NCBI GenBank assembly: GCA_951406725.2
Contig: OX597816.1
Span: forward strand, 139,996,001 to 140,060,000
DNA: 64,000 bases
Origin: Octopus vulgaris
Taxonomy: Eukaryota
Direction: 5' to 3'
Shown one piece after another: positions 40,650 to 52,957 of the stretch. Every line of letters starts with the position of its first letter. Positions within the stretch are counted from its first letter, which is position 1. The translations under genes and the position numbers were made by a program. The notes beneath the pieces were generated by a model that was not told where the DNA came from, did not search any database, and was given only the letters and a program-made list of their open reading frames with translations.

Positions 40650-41890
40650 GCCATGTTTACTAAAATTAGATAGATTTTAAACTTTTTTAATACAGCCAAA
40701 TTGGCACATAATGGGAAAATACTCTGAAGGTAAGGCACCTCTGAAACGGGAATACAAACGGAATAAATCAAGTTTCGCGTAAATCGAACCACGGATTCTC
40801 GAGAGTACTGCAACTATAGCTGCAAAGAAGGTAAAATCACTAGCAAAGCAAAATGCGTTTGGACAATTGGCTGATAAGTGGAAATAAAAACTTCTGCATT
40901 GCAAACATGTGATCCGTAGCAAACAAGCTGACGTAGACCAGAAGCACACGCATCAGTGGCTACGGAACTCAGGTAGGGAGTGAAGGCTTTATCTTGGCTG
41001 CTCAAGATCAGAGCTTTTGACCCAGAACTATCAAGCCAATGTGATGGAAAATAGATTAGACCCAAGGTGCTGAAACTGCAACGATGGGATTGAAACAATG
41101 CACCACCTAATGTCTGAGTGTAAGGTTTTAGCACTTGTAGAGTACAAATCAAGACATGGCAGATTTGGCCAATATCTACACTGGATAATGTGTCGCCATT
41201 ATAAAATCAAAACTACTGACAAATCGTACAAACACCACACTGAAGCTGTAAGAGAGAGAGAGAGAAAATGTAACTATTCTTTGGGACATCCCAGTATGTA
41301 CAGACCGGACCATCTGAGCAAATAAACCAGATATTGTTGCAAAAGACCAAAACGATAAAGTCTCTTTATTGATTGACATGAGCTTACTCTGTGACCATAA
41401 TATCTCGGCAAAAGAATTTGATAAGCTCAGAAAATATAAAGATTGAAATCGAGAAGATGTAGCATCTCAAGACGATTCAAATTCCAGTGATTGTAGAAGC
41501 ACTTGGAATGATAAAAAAAAAACTAAAAATTATTTAAGAATGATCCCTTACCATCCATGAAGGAAGTGCAAAAGATTGTCTTAACTGGTACGTCACACGT
41601 ACTGAGAAGGGAGAGCATTGTCACTGTGAATTTTCTTTCCTTTTTTCCCCCTTTATTTTCTTTGTTTACTTTTTTCAATTTTTAATTTTTTCCCTTTTTC
41701 TCTGTCTTTTTTCCCATTTTGCCTATCCCATGGCTTTGTAAATGAACAATCTGGTGTGTTTATTTTAAAAGCCTACCAATGTATACAGTGCGTTTCTCTG
41801 CCCTAGGTGTCAGGAACACACTCGGCAAGAAATAGAAACAGAATTGAAAGATGACAATGAAAATAATAATAATAGTAATAATAATGATAA
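40650..41890 (+). mobile_element. R4/Dong-like RLE LINE 3' fragment with (AAT)n tail
   Basis: EGFILAAQDQ..ETMHHLMSECKVLALVEYKSRH..LHWIMCRHY..ILWDIPVCTDRTI..NKPDIV..LLIDMS..KLRKYKD..IPVIVEALG..VQKIVLTGTSHVLRR: CCHC + PD-(D/E)xK endonuclease. Tail at 41862-41890. Confidence 0.9.
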
Positions 41891-41892
41891 TC

Positions 41893-42095
41893 CCTTCTAC
41901 TAAAGGCACAAGGGCTGAAATTTCTGTGGAGAAGAGTAGTCGATTACATCGACCCCATTATTTTCCCGCTACTTAATATATCGACCCCAAAAGGATGAAA
42001 GGCAAAGTTGACCTCGAACGGAATTTGAACTCAGAACGTAAAGACGGATAAAATTCCGCAAAGCATTTCACCCAGTGTGCTAACGATTCTGCCAG
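41893..42095 (-). mobile_element. SINE family B
   Basis: ATCGACCCCAAAAGGATGAAAGGCAAAG..GAATTTGAACTCAGAACG..GCTAACGATTCTGCCAGCT. Confidence 0.85.
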
Positions 42096-43149
42096 CTGTT
42101 GCAGTAACAGCAACAATAAACAGAATTTGTGCTAACCAACTCTTGAAGACATTATGATCTTTCAGAACTGCAATACGATTTGTATTTCTGTGTATAAGAA
42201 CACTTAATTTGCTTACTAAAATGCGAGAAAAAATAATTGATTGAGCAAGACTGAACTGACAGACTGTCAAGAAATTATAGATCGTTCAGATATGAAAAAT
42301 TTGGAAACAAACTTTATGTGACGCATTAGAATAAAGACAATTTAAGAAGTGTTAACGATGGAGCACTTATGATTAAGATGAAGTATTTATAATTAATATT
42401 ATTGAAATAGCCAGACGTGCTTAGTACTGAATTTTTTCGGTATTAAAATGAAAAGTAGTTATGTAAGATGTTTGAGAAAGATATCTTGCTTTCACGCAAG
42501 ACTCTTCCCATTTTTGTGCTTGTTTAGCACCAGTTTATCCTTGATCTAGCCGTGAGTATTCCTTTTTCAGTTATAGCGTACCTAGGACTACACTATTTAA
42601 TGTGTCTGGGGTATGTTGAGACAGATTTAGCTGCAATTTCTGGCAGTTCAGGTGATCACGTAAAGGCTCTCCCATGGACGGTAAATTTATGCGATTCATC
42701 TAATTAATGTGTTATCGATCCAGAACAGTTATTTGAAACTACTGGCACAATCTACCTTTTAGGTGTTGCATATCTTGACCATTTTCTTGCCTCTGCAATA
42801 AATCAACATCTTCAACATCAAAACAGATAATGTGATGAACGCTACAATGTTGTGTTGTTTATTCTGACCAGGCCAATAATAAAGGATAAAGATTAACATC
42901 TTAATACCAATCCGTTTTAAGCAATGATCACCTTACTATGGGTGGAGTAATCGATAGATCTCTCTCAACAGTGAACTAAAATCTCGCTTTGTTAGGCATA
43001 GCGTAATTTTTTAGTATATTTCTTCGTCGTGTCTTCTCGTTTTAGCTGACCTTAGCAAAACTTGACCAAAGAGAAGTAATCTATGGCAGAAGCCATCAGT
43101 TATATAATCTAAATAAAAACTTTACCTCTAATTCTTAGCCTTCTAAATC

Positions 43150-43830
43150 CATAGTGTTGCGTTACTAGCCAATGAGGAAGCTCAATCAAAGAGAAGGCTT
43201 TTCCTCATCCCACCCCTTCGAGCTAATGCAAATGCTTTCTCGAATCAATGAAGAAACCTCTACATCTTACTTAACATACTGGGGCTCTCATTGTGTCCTT
43301 GAAAGGATAGTTGGAGATATCCCTCACCGATTTACGGAGTGAGGTCCCTTGCATCGAGTTTTAGAAATCATTTGGTACAATCGTGCTGCTTTTCACACTG
43401 AGGACTAATCGAAGAGGCAAACTCAGTTTGTGCGTCACACACTTTTCCATAGATCAGAGCGCTGATGTATCCGTTGATGATATGTCGTCTGAGGGGATTC
43501 TGTGGATATATAAACCTTTATGAACTCACCTCCAAATCACAAAAATGTTTAATTATCACCCATGTGCCAGTAATTATTGTTACAAGGGCTTCCCACTCAG
43601 AAGAGCTTGAAAAGTTAGAGAACAGAAAACATTGAGAGCCGCTGTTCTTAGGATACTACCGGGCGCAGTTCCGAAAACATCGAAGGAGATCACCTCATTA
43701 TTTGGTCCAAAAGCCGATCAGGAAGTCGAAAGACCTTATCCAACGGCCATAACCCCATCTACTTCGTGAAGACAAAGAAGGCAAGGAAAGTGACCAAGAA
43801 TGGCAAACTGTTGGAAGAATCAAGAGTTTT
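43150..43830 (+). mobile_element. Possible decayed L1/Tx1 ORF1 remnant
   Basis: Higher-complexity segment with a knuckle-like C..YCYKG motif and an acidic end EDKEGKESDQEWQTVGR; no continuous frame. Confidence 0.25.
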
Positions 43831-43959
43831 TTTTTTTCATTTTATTTTTTATTAATATCTTGGGTGTCGGATCAATCGTTAGATTAGTTGATTGAAATAG
43901 TGAAAGATGCGCTTAATTCAAATTAGTCAGTTACACAAACCACAATTTTTGGCCAAAGT

Positions 43960-44752
43960 GTTAGCAAAAGATTGGTATTTGTCGGTAGTTTGGTCGGCGA
44001 GGCATCTTTAAAATTTGCAACTTTGGGTATTTTAGCGAATCAGAAGCGCATATTTTACACATCACTCTGGCGAAGAACTCTTTTTCCTTAGTAACTGAAG
44101 CAAAGAAGCACACGTTTTTGCATAGCTGATTGCGAAGAACACTATTTCCATAGTAACCAAGGATACTGCGCATGCGTACAATGAGTGTAACCACAAAATT
44201 CAGTGCAATCAACAAATTGAGAGTACCTGGACATCTTTAAAGCGTGGAAACAAACGCTGGTGTGGGACACACCGTCCCTTGGTTGACTCTTATCTTTGTG
44301 GATTTATGTAGAAAAGGAGATATAAGAAAGAAAATTTATTTTATAAAATCCTAGAATGTAATACAAACTTTTGTTCTTGAGGTTTTTAACAAATAAATGT
44401 CTGTTTTAAGCAATGTTTTGACTGTTATTTCTAGCAACTCCTGTTAGTTTGTTCATAGCTTTTAAATATTTAATTTGCTCGCGAATGTTTTCATGTTTTT
44501 CACTGTTTACTATAGCTAGTTTAACGCTTTGACATGCCGATTCTCCCCGACTCTGATGATGGAAGAGGCAGCGAACGCGCTGTTTTCTGATTGGTTGGAA
44601 ATTCTGAAAATTATCAAACTTTGAGCACCTGTAACATTTTTGCAAATTTTTTTTCTGGAATAAACGAATAACAAAATCCAATTCAGCGTCAAAAATTACA
44701 TGTATATGATACATTAAAAAAAAAATTTTTAACGATAATTGTAAACAGTTAC
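43960..44752 (+). mobile_element. Merlin/IS1016-like transposase 3' remnant
   Basis: NQQIESTWTSLKRGNKRWCGTHRPLVDSYLCGFM..YKKENLFYKIL matches the Merlin N.IES.W...K......SYLxEF motif. Confidence 0.6.
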
Positions 44753-45019
44753 GAAAACCAGAAAGATCCCAGAAACGCGTTTGAAATCTGATATGTAAGT
44801 TCCGTACGTCAGTCTAGGCAACATGTACAGTTGTGAAGTTCTGAATGATGCTCTGAATTTTATTGATCCAGCGATGAGAATATCCATACACAGTCTTTCG
44901 AAGACAGATGGATGCACGCCAAGAAGAAATTCTGGTTACAACGCTGTACGGGAGTTGCTTTATTCGCATCGTATTTGTATGAACATACGTAGCAAAATAG
45001 GTTGAGACCGTGCAAACGT

Positions 45020-45405
45020 TAGGTGTGGCTGTATAGTAAGAAATTTCCTTCTCAACTACATGGTTCTGGATTTAGTCCGATTGCGTGGCACCTTTGGTAA
45101 GTGTCTTCTACTATAGCCTCGTGCCGACCAAAGCCTTGTGAGTGGATTTGGTAGACGGAGTATGGAAGAAGCCCATCGTATATGTATATGTATGTATATA
45201 ATTATGTGCATGTGTCTTTGTATGTGTTACTCCCCTCACCACCGCCTGACAACTAGTGTTGATGTGTTTACACCTCCGTAGCTCTGTGGTTCGGCAAAAG
45301 AACCGACAGAATAAGTACTTGGCTTAAAAATGTCCCGGAGAAGATCTGTTCGACGAATCCCCAGTATGACCACAATTAAATAACTGAAACAGTTAAAAGA
45401 TAAAT
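45020..45405 (+). mobile_element. SINE family A, full-length
   Basis: GGTGTGGCTGTATAGTAAG..GCGTGGCACCTTTGGTAAGTGTCTTCTACTATAGCC..ACTGAAACAGTTAAAAG. Confidence 0.85.
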
Positions 45406-45904
45406 GATACGTTGTATGCATTGTTTTAATGTTATATAATACATAATGAAACTATGGGATTTCACGGCCGTTACGTTACTTCCGGTTTCTATTGCCATTT
45501 ATTTTCACTTTTAACAACACTAAACTGCATCTTAACCGATTTCTAATTGCTATTTCTAGCAGATAGACCAACCGCGGTGAGGTACTCCTCGTTAGTACGC
45601 TATGTCAAATGTTTGTAGCTATTGTGAGCGGGTAATCTCTAAACCACACTAATCCTCCCTCTCCAACTAATGTACGATGCCAGATAATCCGTCTATTATC
45701 TCTACAGACCATCTTACACAGTAATCACACGACCTATTTATGTAACTGGTTGACAGTTCATGCGGTGCTTAACGATTAAATGTTCATCAATCTCTAACTC
45801 ATTCTTCTTCGTTTTCCTCCTTCTCTTCCTCCTCCTTTCTCTCTCTTTCCTTCTCTCTCTCTCTCTCTCTCTCTCTCGATTGTGTGAGACTTTATGGGTT
45901 TTTC

Positions 45905-46623
45905 TGAGTGTGTGTATATGTGTGCGTGTATGTGTGTGTGTGAGTGTAACTATGCATGTATGTGAGTATGTGTGCGAAAGCATCTAATGTCTGTGTATGG
46001 GTGTAACTGTGAAGGTGTATGTGGTAGTGTCGAAATATGTAAATGCGTGAAATTGTTCTCACGCGCATGTGTGAGTGTTTGTGTGTGTGTGTGTGTATCT
46101 GCATTTGTATGTGTGTGTATGTGTGTGCATGCGTGTGTGTGTGTGTGTGTATGTGTGTGTTTGAGCGCCTCCCTTTGTGTAAGTGTGTGGGAGTGTATAT
46201 ACGTGGAGATGTATAATAGTGTCTGAATACATGCAACTGTAAATGTATGTGTGTGTATTTGTGTGTATGTGTGTGCATCAGTTTGTGTGTATGTGTGTGT
46301 GTGTGTGAATCAGTTTATGTATACGTTTGTGTGGAAGTGTGTATATGTGAAGCTATAGGTGGGTGAGAATGTCTGTATAAGTGGAAGCGTGATCGTGTGT
46401 GTTTGCGCGTTTGTACGTGTGTGGTGTGTTTGTGTGTGACTGAGTTTAAGTGTGTGTGTGTATATGATAGTATCATTAAGTGTAGGAGTGAATATAAGTG
46501 TACACGTATGTGTGCGTATGTATGTGAGACTGTCTGTGTGTGGCAGTGAATGTGTTCGCGTGTGTTTATGCATTTGTTACATGCACGAGTGAATGAACGC
46601 ATGCGAAATTGAAAAGAATTTGT

Positions 46624-46668
<45 letters not shown>

Positions 46669-46685
46669 TGTGTGTGCGTGTAAGC
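45905..46685. repeat. Long degenerate (TG)n-rich tract
   Basis: Directly visible. Confidence 0.85.
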
Positions 46686-46898
46686 GAGTATTTGTGTTGT
46701 GATTGACAGAACAACATAAAGGTAGGACATTGACTGCAATAATTCCTACCTTGCTGCGTTACCAACTCTCGAGCCCGGGGACCAAAGACGGACCATGAAT
46801 TATTTGGTACCGGACCGCACAGAGAGAATAAATTTTTAAATCTCATTTGCATTTTACTGACTATCGCAGGCGGCAGAGGTCTTTATATTTTATATATA

Positions 46899-48006
46899 CG
46901 ATGTGCGATAGGTAAATTGTCGCCATTTTGTATTTTTAATTTCACGCATGGACATTGTTGGGTTTTGATTTAATCGACTGCTCAGTATAGTAGGGTCAGT
47001 TAGGCATCGTCTGTGAGAAAAACAGTACCATGATGCAATTCACTCTGCCAGAAATTTGGAAACAACATGCTGTACTGCTTGTTATTCGCGCCGGAAACTC
47101 AGAGTGTTTGATTGTCAATCTGAGAACAGTGCAGAGGATTCGGAGTTGGACGAGTGTAATGGTGATTACGAAGGTACGGCAGTTCGAAAAACTCACTCTG
47201 ACATGGGACTGAGTTTCTTATCATTAAGCCATTCGGTTTTCCTCATACAAGATGAGAAAAGGCCAATTTTTATCCCAAGCCATCAAGGACAAGAGGAAAG
47301 ACCGCGCTACGAATTGTTTGAACAAGCATCCCCTCCAACCGAATATGCTTTGGTTTTTCTCAGACGCGAATAATTTCTGCCAGGATCAGATGATGAACAC
47401 ACAGAATAACCGTTGGCTTGCCGTGTCCCCAAAACATGTACCGGGTGTGATAAAAATCAATCATCTAGTTAACATCAAGGTATTTGGAGTGATAACTAGC
47501 GATGGCGCCGTTATACCTCCAGCCACCTTCCCACTCGGAGGCCTACATCAGGTGCCTGGAGGAGGTAGTGCTGCCCTGGGTCAAGTGGGTGGCTGCCACA
47601 CAAGCAGGAGAACCCAGTTATGACTGTCAGACAAATTTTGCGACCACATCACCTCTAACATCTGGCCACCTAGCTCCCCAGACTGCTACCCCCTTCATTA
47701 TTATGTATGCGGCGCAGTTGAGCGAGAGACCAACAAAACTCCTTATAACATCAAAGATGAATTGAAGGCAAGGATTATGGCAGCATTCACCAACTTAAAC
47801 AAGGAGATCGTCCACAAGAGTTGCAGGAGTTTCCAAAGTCGTCTGGAGGCCGTGGTTGAAGCCAATAACGATTTTATTTAAGTAATTTACTCTTTAGTAT
47901 TTCAAGATATTTTTTATGCAATTTTGGTAAATATCTGTTAAAACGAGATGTCAGTGTTATTTTCAATTTTGCGTAATATAGACGACAATTTATTCACCGC
48001 ACCTTG
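46899..48006 (+). mobile_element. maT/DD37D-like Tc1-mariner element, both ends present, inactive
   Basis: TA-flanked imperfect TIRs CGATGTGCGATAGGTAAATTGTCG / CGACAATTTATTCACCGCACCTTG; WFFSD..NTQNNRW..VFGVITSDG..HTSRRTQ..WPPSSPD..SRLEAVVEAN across frameshifts. Confidence 0.85.
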
Positions 48007-48067
48007 TATGTATGTGTGTGTATATGTTAGTTAGTTAGTTAGTTAATTTGGTATATATATATATATA

Positions 48068-48270
48068 CATAGTAATCCCTTGACAATCGCGGGTTTTACC
48101 CTCCAAAACCTCCCACAGAAAAATAAAAATCTAAAAAAATATAAATACCTATCGGCTGCAGAAACCAAGATATACTGAGGAGTCCGCGATATAAAGTTAC
48201 ATATATTAGCCAGAAAAATCCGCGATGTACTGAGTGCGCGATAGGTGAACCACGATATGGCGAGGAATTA

Positions 48271-48273
<3 letters not shown>
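48068..48273. mobile_element. Tigger/pogo-type MITE
   Basis: Termini AGTAATCCCTTGACAATCGCGG / CCACGATATGGCGAGGAATTACTG, in TA context. Confidence 0.65.
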
Positions 48274-48301
<28 letters not shown>

Positions 48302-48411
48302 AGCAAAATAATTGCAAAATCTCAATAAGAGATGAGATTAGTAACTATGCTAACAAGTAATGTTAAGCGCTACATCAATGTGGCTGTTCCATGTTACTAC
48401 TAGTTACTCCG

Positions 48412-48482
<71 letters not shown>

Positions 48483-48496
48483 TGTGTTATAAATGC

Positions 48497-48700
48497 AAGG
48501 CGGCGAACTGGCAGAATCATTAGCACGCCGGGCAGAATGCTTAGTTGCATTTCGTCCTTTAAGTTATGGGTTCAAATGCCGCCGGGGTTGACTTTGCCTT
48601 TCGACCTTTCAGGTTCGATAAAATAAGTACCAGTTGAACACTGGAGTCGATGTAAATTGCACCTGAAATTGCTGGCCAAATTGTATCAAATATGAAATCA
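48497..48700 (+). mobile_element. SINE family B
   Basis: AAGGCGGCGAACTGGCAGAATCATTAGCACGCCGGGC..TCGATAAAATAAGTACCAG. Confidence 0.85.
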
Positions 48701-49121
48701 ATACGTATTATTAATGTAATAACTAAATTATATATTATAGAATATATTTTGCTTTATTATGCGCATGACATCCCACCTACCCCCGCACTCCCTCTCTATC
48801 CAGTCTGTGGAAAAATTGCCTTGCATGATATATTTGCGTTGTGCAAAAAAGGTTGGTAACTACCGCCTTGCAGTTTTCAAAGCAGATAACGATATCTTAG
48901 TTGCACATAAGAAAAAAATTCTTATAATTCACAAGTTTTCTCGATCAGGATTGACCTTGAGTTAAACAATAACTGCGCAACGCTCTTTGAAGTGTCTCCA
49001 CCTTTAATCTGATATGTTGTTGTTGTTACTGTTATTTTAGTTTTATGCTTTTACGCATATTTTGAAACCTCTTCAGACTTGCAACGGAGCATATAATTAA
49101 ATAGATGCTTATATGGATAGA

Positions 49122-49168
<47 letters not shown>

Positions 49169-49329
49169 TAACCACATATATTCATAGCCATATATATATA
49201 TACACACACAAACATATATATACCTAGTTTATACACACATTCACACTCGCGCGCGCACAAACACGCGCGCAGATACACACATACACATACACACCACACA
49301 TACACTGATACGAACACTCGATATGCGTA

Positions 49330-49615
49330 ATTAAAGGGTCTCGTTCAACTGTGCATTTTAGGTACAAAAAATATGTTTACAACTTTAACTAGTTGTAAAT
49401 GGCGATTAAAAGAGGAAGCCCCGTTGTATAACATCAACTGGAGGTTGCTGGAACGGTCTCCACCGTATCTCAATGGAAGTAAAAGATGCAGACTCCGCTT
49501 GGCAGAGAAGCTGATCCTTCTAAAAAAAACTCAGGCAATCTTGATGCTTTCCTGAACTCGGAAAGCGAAGTTTTCGGGTAATGCCTACACGGTTGCAAAC
49601 TCATTTTGGCAATGT
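49330..49615 (+). mobile_element. Penelope-like (Naiad-type) GIY-YIG C-terminal remnant
   Basis: TLTSCKWRLKEEAPLYNINWRLLERSPPYLNGSKRCRLRLAEKLILL..LNSESEVFG*CLH. Confidence 0.7.
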
Positions 49616-49689
49616 GGTCATGTTCCCTTTTGAACTTGAGAACGGTGCACATACAACTTGCACATTTTACCCGTGGCTTATGTCAATCC

Positions 49690-51125
49690 AGATACTTGTG
49701 TATAATTTATACATAACATTCAAGCATGTTATGGTCCGATATTTTTTGGTTACATAGGTATCTTTGTCCTTAGGAATAAGAGTAGTCCGTCAGTAAACCT
49801 GGTATATCTTAGCTCAGTGTCCATTGTATTTTTTTTTTTTCAACAGGGTCGTGAGAATTTCCCTGTAGCACGTGATCTTTTTGTACCAGTAGCCTACTAT
49901 CAGGTCTCTCACAGGTGATTTTCTATTCGGCAGTTTGATAATAACCGCCAGGAGTGTTTCACTGGTGATGTTGTATATTTTGGGAGAGGCATCTACACAA
50001 TATTTGCTTCGTAGTTCATTTAGCCATGCAGCACTGCGAGTGTGTTCTTTGTATACACTGCAGATTTCCCGTCAGGAGGACACTAGGCCTTTTCTGGAAA
50101 GGAGCATTTACTACCGTGATGGTATCACCTTTCATACTGCGATATACAGCTTGTGGGTTTCGGGCAAACTTACGGTTTTGATGTTATTCTGAAGGAAAGT
50201 AATCGATTTTGGTTCAGTATTATCCCTCGGAACGATTTCTTATTCCCATCTGTTGGGGCACAGTTACTGCGGCACAATATAGCAGGACATTTATTATCCA
50301 AAAGTTGGGAGTTTGGATTGAGCAACTTGTTCTATCGCAATTTCGTCGATCGCGGATAAAATCAGGTCGCCGGGGTTTTTTTCCAACTCGTGTTGGTGTC
50401 GTTCTCTCATGCCCTGCTTTATGTGTATCTGTAGTGAAGTTCTGCTTGAACTTCGATCCAAGCTGTGATTTTAGTATTCTGTATTCCTCACTTGTTTTTG
50501 TGAAATTATAAATGATTGCCACATGCCCGTGTAGTGGTGGTGGTTTGTTATTGTTGTGTTCATCTTGGTTGTGCTTCTTGTCGTTCACTGCCTCTTCGCA
50601 GTAAAAGTTTCTGCGTTAATACGAGTATTATCATTCGTACATTCTGGGTGAATGATTTTGTTTTTAGAGTAGCATATTTCTTATCAGCAAATGTAGCCTG
50701 CTGGCGTAATTGTTTTGCTGAAAGATCTGAGAATATTGCGTATATCTGATCCCAATATTTTAAAAGTCTCTTCATGTAGCATATCGAGGGATCTTCCTTA
50801 GCCTTTCTGCAGAACTAGTATAGGTGTTGGCTTAGTTCAAAAATCAACAGGAATTTTTCTCGGCAGTTCCATGGTCTACGATAGCTGGCTCCGAGTTCTT
50901 TCGTCGCCATGGTCTATGTAGAGTAATTTTCCCTGAGGTCGTATTTCACTGTTTGATTACTAATACGATCTTTTCGAAAAAGGTTACTTTTTTCATCTAC
51001 TCAAAGATAACTATTTCTTTCACCAGGCTAATATTAATGGCAAAAATTATAGGAGATAGTATTCATTATCCGGGAGAATGAATAGTCTTCTGTGCCGACG
51101 TGTCTGTATTCGGCGCCATGATGAA
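49690..51125 (-). mobile_element. RLE-type (NeSL/R4-like) LINE 5' portion, degenerate
   Basis: N-terminal AKEDPSICYMKRLLKYWDQIY..KQLRQQA and RT start LIPKDKDTYVTKKYRTITCLNVMYKLYTSI on the minus strand. Confidence 0.7.
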
Positions 51126-51181
51126 TAATGTATATATATTTTTTTTTCTCTCCTTCTTTCTGTGTTTTTTTTCTCTGTGTA

Positions 51182-51219
51182 TCTTTCTGTTGAAGAGCGT
51201 AGGCTCGAAACGTTAAAGA
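51182..51219 (+). ncRNA. Minimal hammerhead-like motif (A6 substituted) in a ~200-bp TA-flanked element
   Basis: UCUUU-CUGUUGA-A-GAGC-GUAG-GCUC-GAAA-CGUU-AAAGA: stem I UCUUU/AAAGA, stem II GAGC/GCUC, palindromic AACGUU. Confidence 0.5.
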
Positions 51220-51347
51220 CTTGTTTTATTTATATTTCCTGAGCGCCATACTAATACAATTGTTTGTTTGTATTCCACCTGCCTTCGTCTTTTGTTTATT
51301 TCCGTAAACCTGCCTTCGTCTTTTGTCTATTTTCATAAAGCTTCCCG

Positions 51348-51393
<46 letters not shown>

Positions 51394-51645
51394 GCGCGCA
51401 CACACACAGAGACGCATACACACATAAATAAAAAAAAAACGGAATAAGAACGTAACGGACTTTGCTCATCTTGTAAGTAAGTATGTATCTATATATATCA
51501 TGTATGGACATATGCATAAAATTTTATGAGCATAACATTGCGTGCGAAGTAAAAATAAATTAAGATTTAACGTAAAATTTTTCCTCATGTGACACACTCG
51601 TTAAGGATTTGGAAAAAATGTCTTGCTATATATATTCCACCTCTT

Positions 51646-51863
51646 AAGGCAACGAGTTGGCTGAATTGTTAGTAAACCGGACCAAATTCTTAGCAGCATT
51701 TTTTTAAAATTTTTATATTTTGTTTTACATTCTGAGTTAAAATTCCGACATCGACTTTATCCTCTCAGAGTCGCTGTTATAAGTGTCTACTGAGCTCTGA
51801 GGTCGATGGAATAGACTTAATCTCTCTCCTAAAATTGCTGGCATTGTTCCAAAATTAAAAACC
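51646..51863 (+). mobile_element. SINE family B, diverged
   Basis: AAGGCAACGAGTTGGCTGAATTGTTAG..TTCTGAGTTAAAATTCCG..AAATTGCTGGC. Confidence 0.75.
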
Positions 51864-52801
51864 GAGCGCGGTGAGCTGGCGGAAGTGCTAACTGGGAAAC
51901 GCTTTCCTTTCAAAAACAACTTCATGGCTGGGAAGAGGTGAAAATCAGAGGTTGCAAGGTCAGGAGAGTAGGAGGGATGGGGGAAAAGTTCATAGCCGCA
52001 TGCCTGTGCTTCTGATCTGGCGACACGCGAGTTGTGGACCGGAGTGTTGTCCTGCAGGAGGAGGATGCCTTTGCTGATCTTGCCCCGCCTCTTGATTTTG
52101 ATAGCTTCTCTTAATTTCCTCAAAAGTGAAGCATAATAGGCTCCTGTAATTGTGGTACCCTTTGCCAGGAAATCTGTCATCACTACTCCGTCCTGGTCCC
52201 AGAAGACTGTGAGCATGACCTTGCCAGCTGAGGGCTGCACCCTTGCCTTCTTTGGAGGAGGTGAGTCACGGCGCTTCCACTGCATTGACTGGGCTTTGGT
52301 CTCTGGATCATAGTGATGGACCCAGGTTTCATCCTGTGTAATCAGTCTTTTGAAAAATGTTGACTCATCTTGGCACATCTCCAAATTCATCCTCGAGCAC
52401 TCGACGCGTTCTTGCTTCTGGAAAGGTGTGAGCAACCTGGGAATCCATCTGGCAGACACCTTTTGCATATGCAAATGGCCATGAATGATAGTTTCCACAG
52501 ACCCGGTACTAATCTTGACCTCATGGGCTATTTGACGAATAGTTATGCGTCGATCTTCCAAAATGGCAGCCTCAACTTGACGGACAGATGCCTCATCAAT
52601 GGCAGAAGGGGGGCGACCAGATCTGGGAGCTGTTTCCACAGAGTTCCGACCATGTTTGAATTCACGATGCCAGCATTTTACCATGTCATATGATGGGGCA
52701 TCATCACCATAAGTTACTTTCATTTCATCAAAAGTCTCCCGTGGTGTGCGTCCTTTCAAATACAAAAACTGGATCACTGCTCGACACTCAACATGCTCCA
52801 T
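51737..52801 (-). CDS. mariner DD34D transposase ORF (~303 aa genuine + ~50 aa read-through into SINE)
   Basis: HTH region, WIPRLL, QDETW, AGKVM, QDNTPVH and YSPDLATSDF with 34 residues between the 2nd and 3rd Asp; no internal stops. Confidence 0.85.
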   Translation of the reverse strand: MEHVECRAVIQFLYLKGRTPRETFDEMKVTYGDDAPSYDMVKCWHREFKHGRNSVETAPRSGRPPSAIDEASVRQVEAAILEDRRITIRQIAHEVKISTGSVETIIHGHLHMQKVSARWIPRLLTPFQKQERVECSRMNLEMCQDESTFFKRLITQDETWVHHYDPETKAQSMQWKRRDSPPPKKARVQPSAGKVMLTVFWDQDGVVMTDFLAKGTTITGAYYASLLRKLREAIKIKRRGKISKGILLLQDNTPVHNSRVARSEAQACGYELFPHPSYSPDLATSDFHLFPAMKLFLKGKRFPVSTSASSPRSVFNFGTMPAILGERLSLFHRPQSSVDTYNSDSERIKSMSEF

Positions 52802-52957
52802 TTCACACTTGACTCAGTTCAAACACATGTAAGTCAGAAACCACAATTAGTTCAGAGCTGTAATTTTCCACTTAATCTATAGAGATATAAATAATTGCGC
52901 ATGCTAGATCAAACAACTGCAAGTGGGTCAGGGGCATTACTTATTGAACGTCCCTCG
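51893..52957 (-). mobile_element. mariner (irritans/Himar1-like) element, 3'-truncated
   Basis: 5' TIR CGAGGGACGTTCAATAAGTAATGCCCC preceded by TA (52958-52959); 3' TIR absent. Confidence 0.92.
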
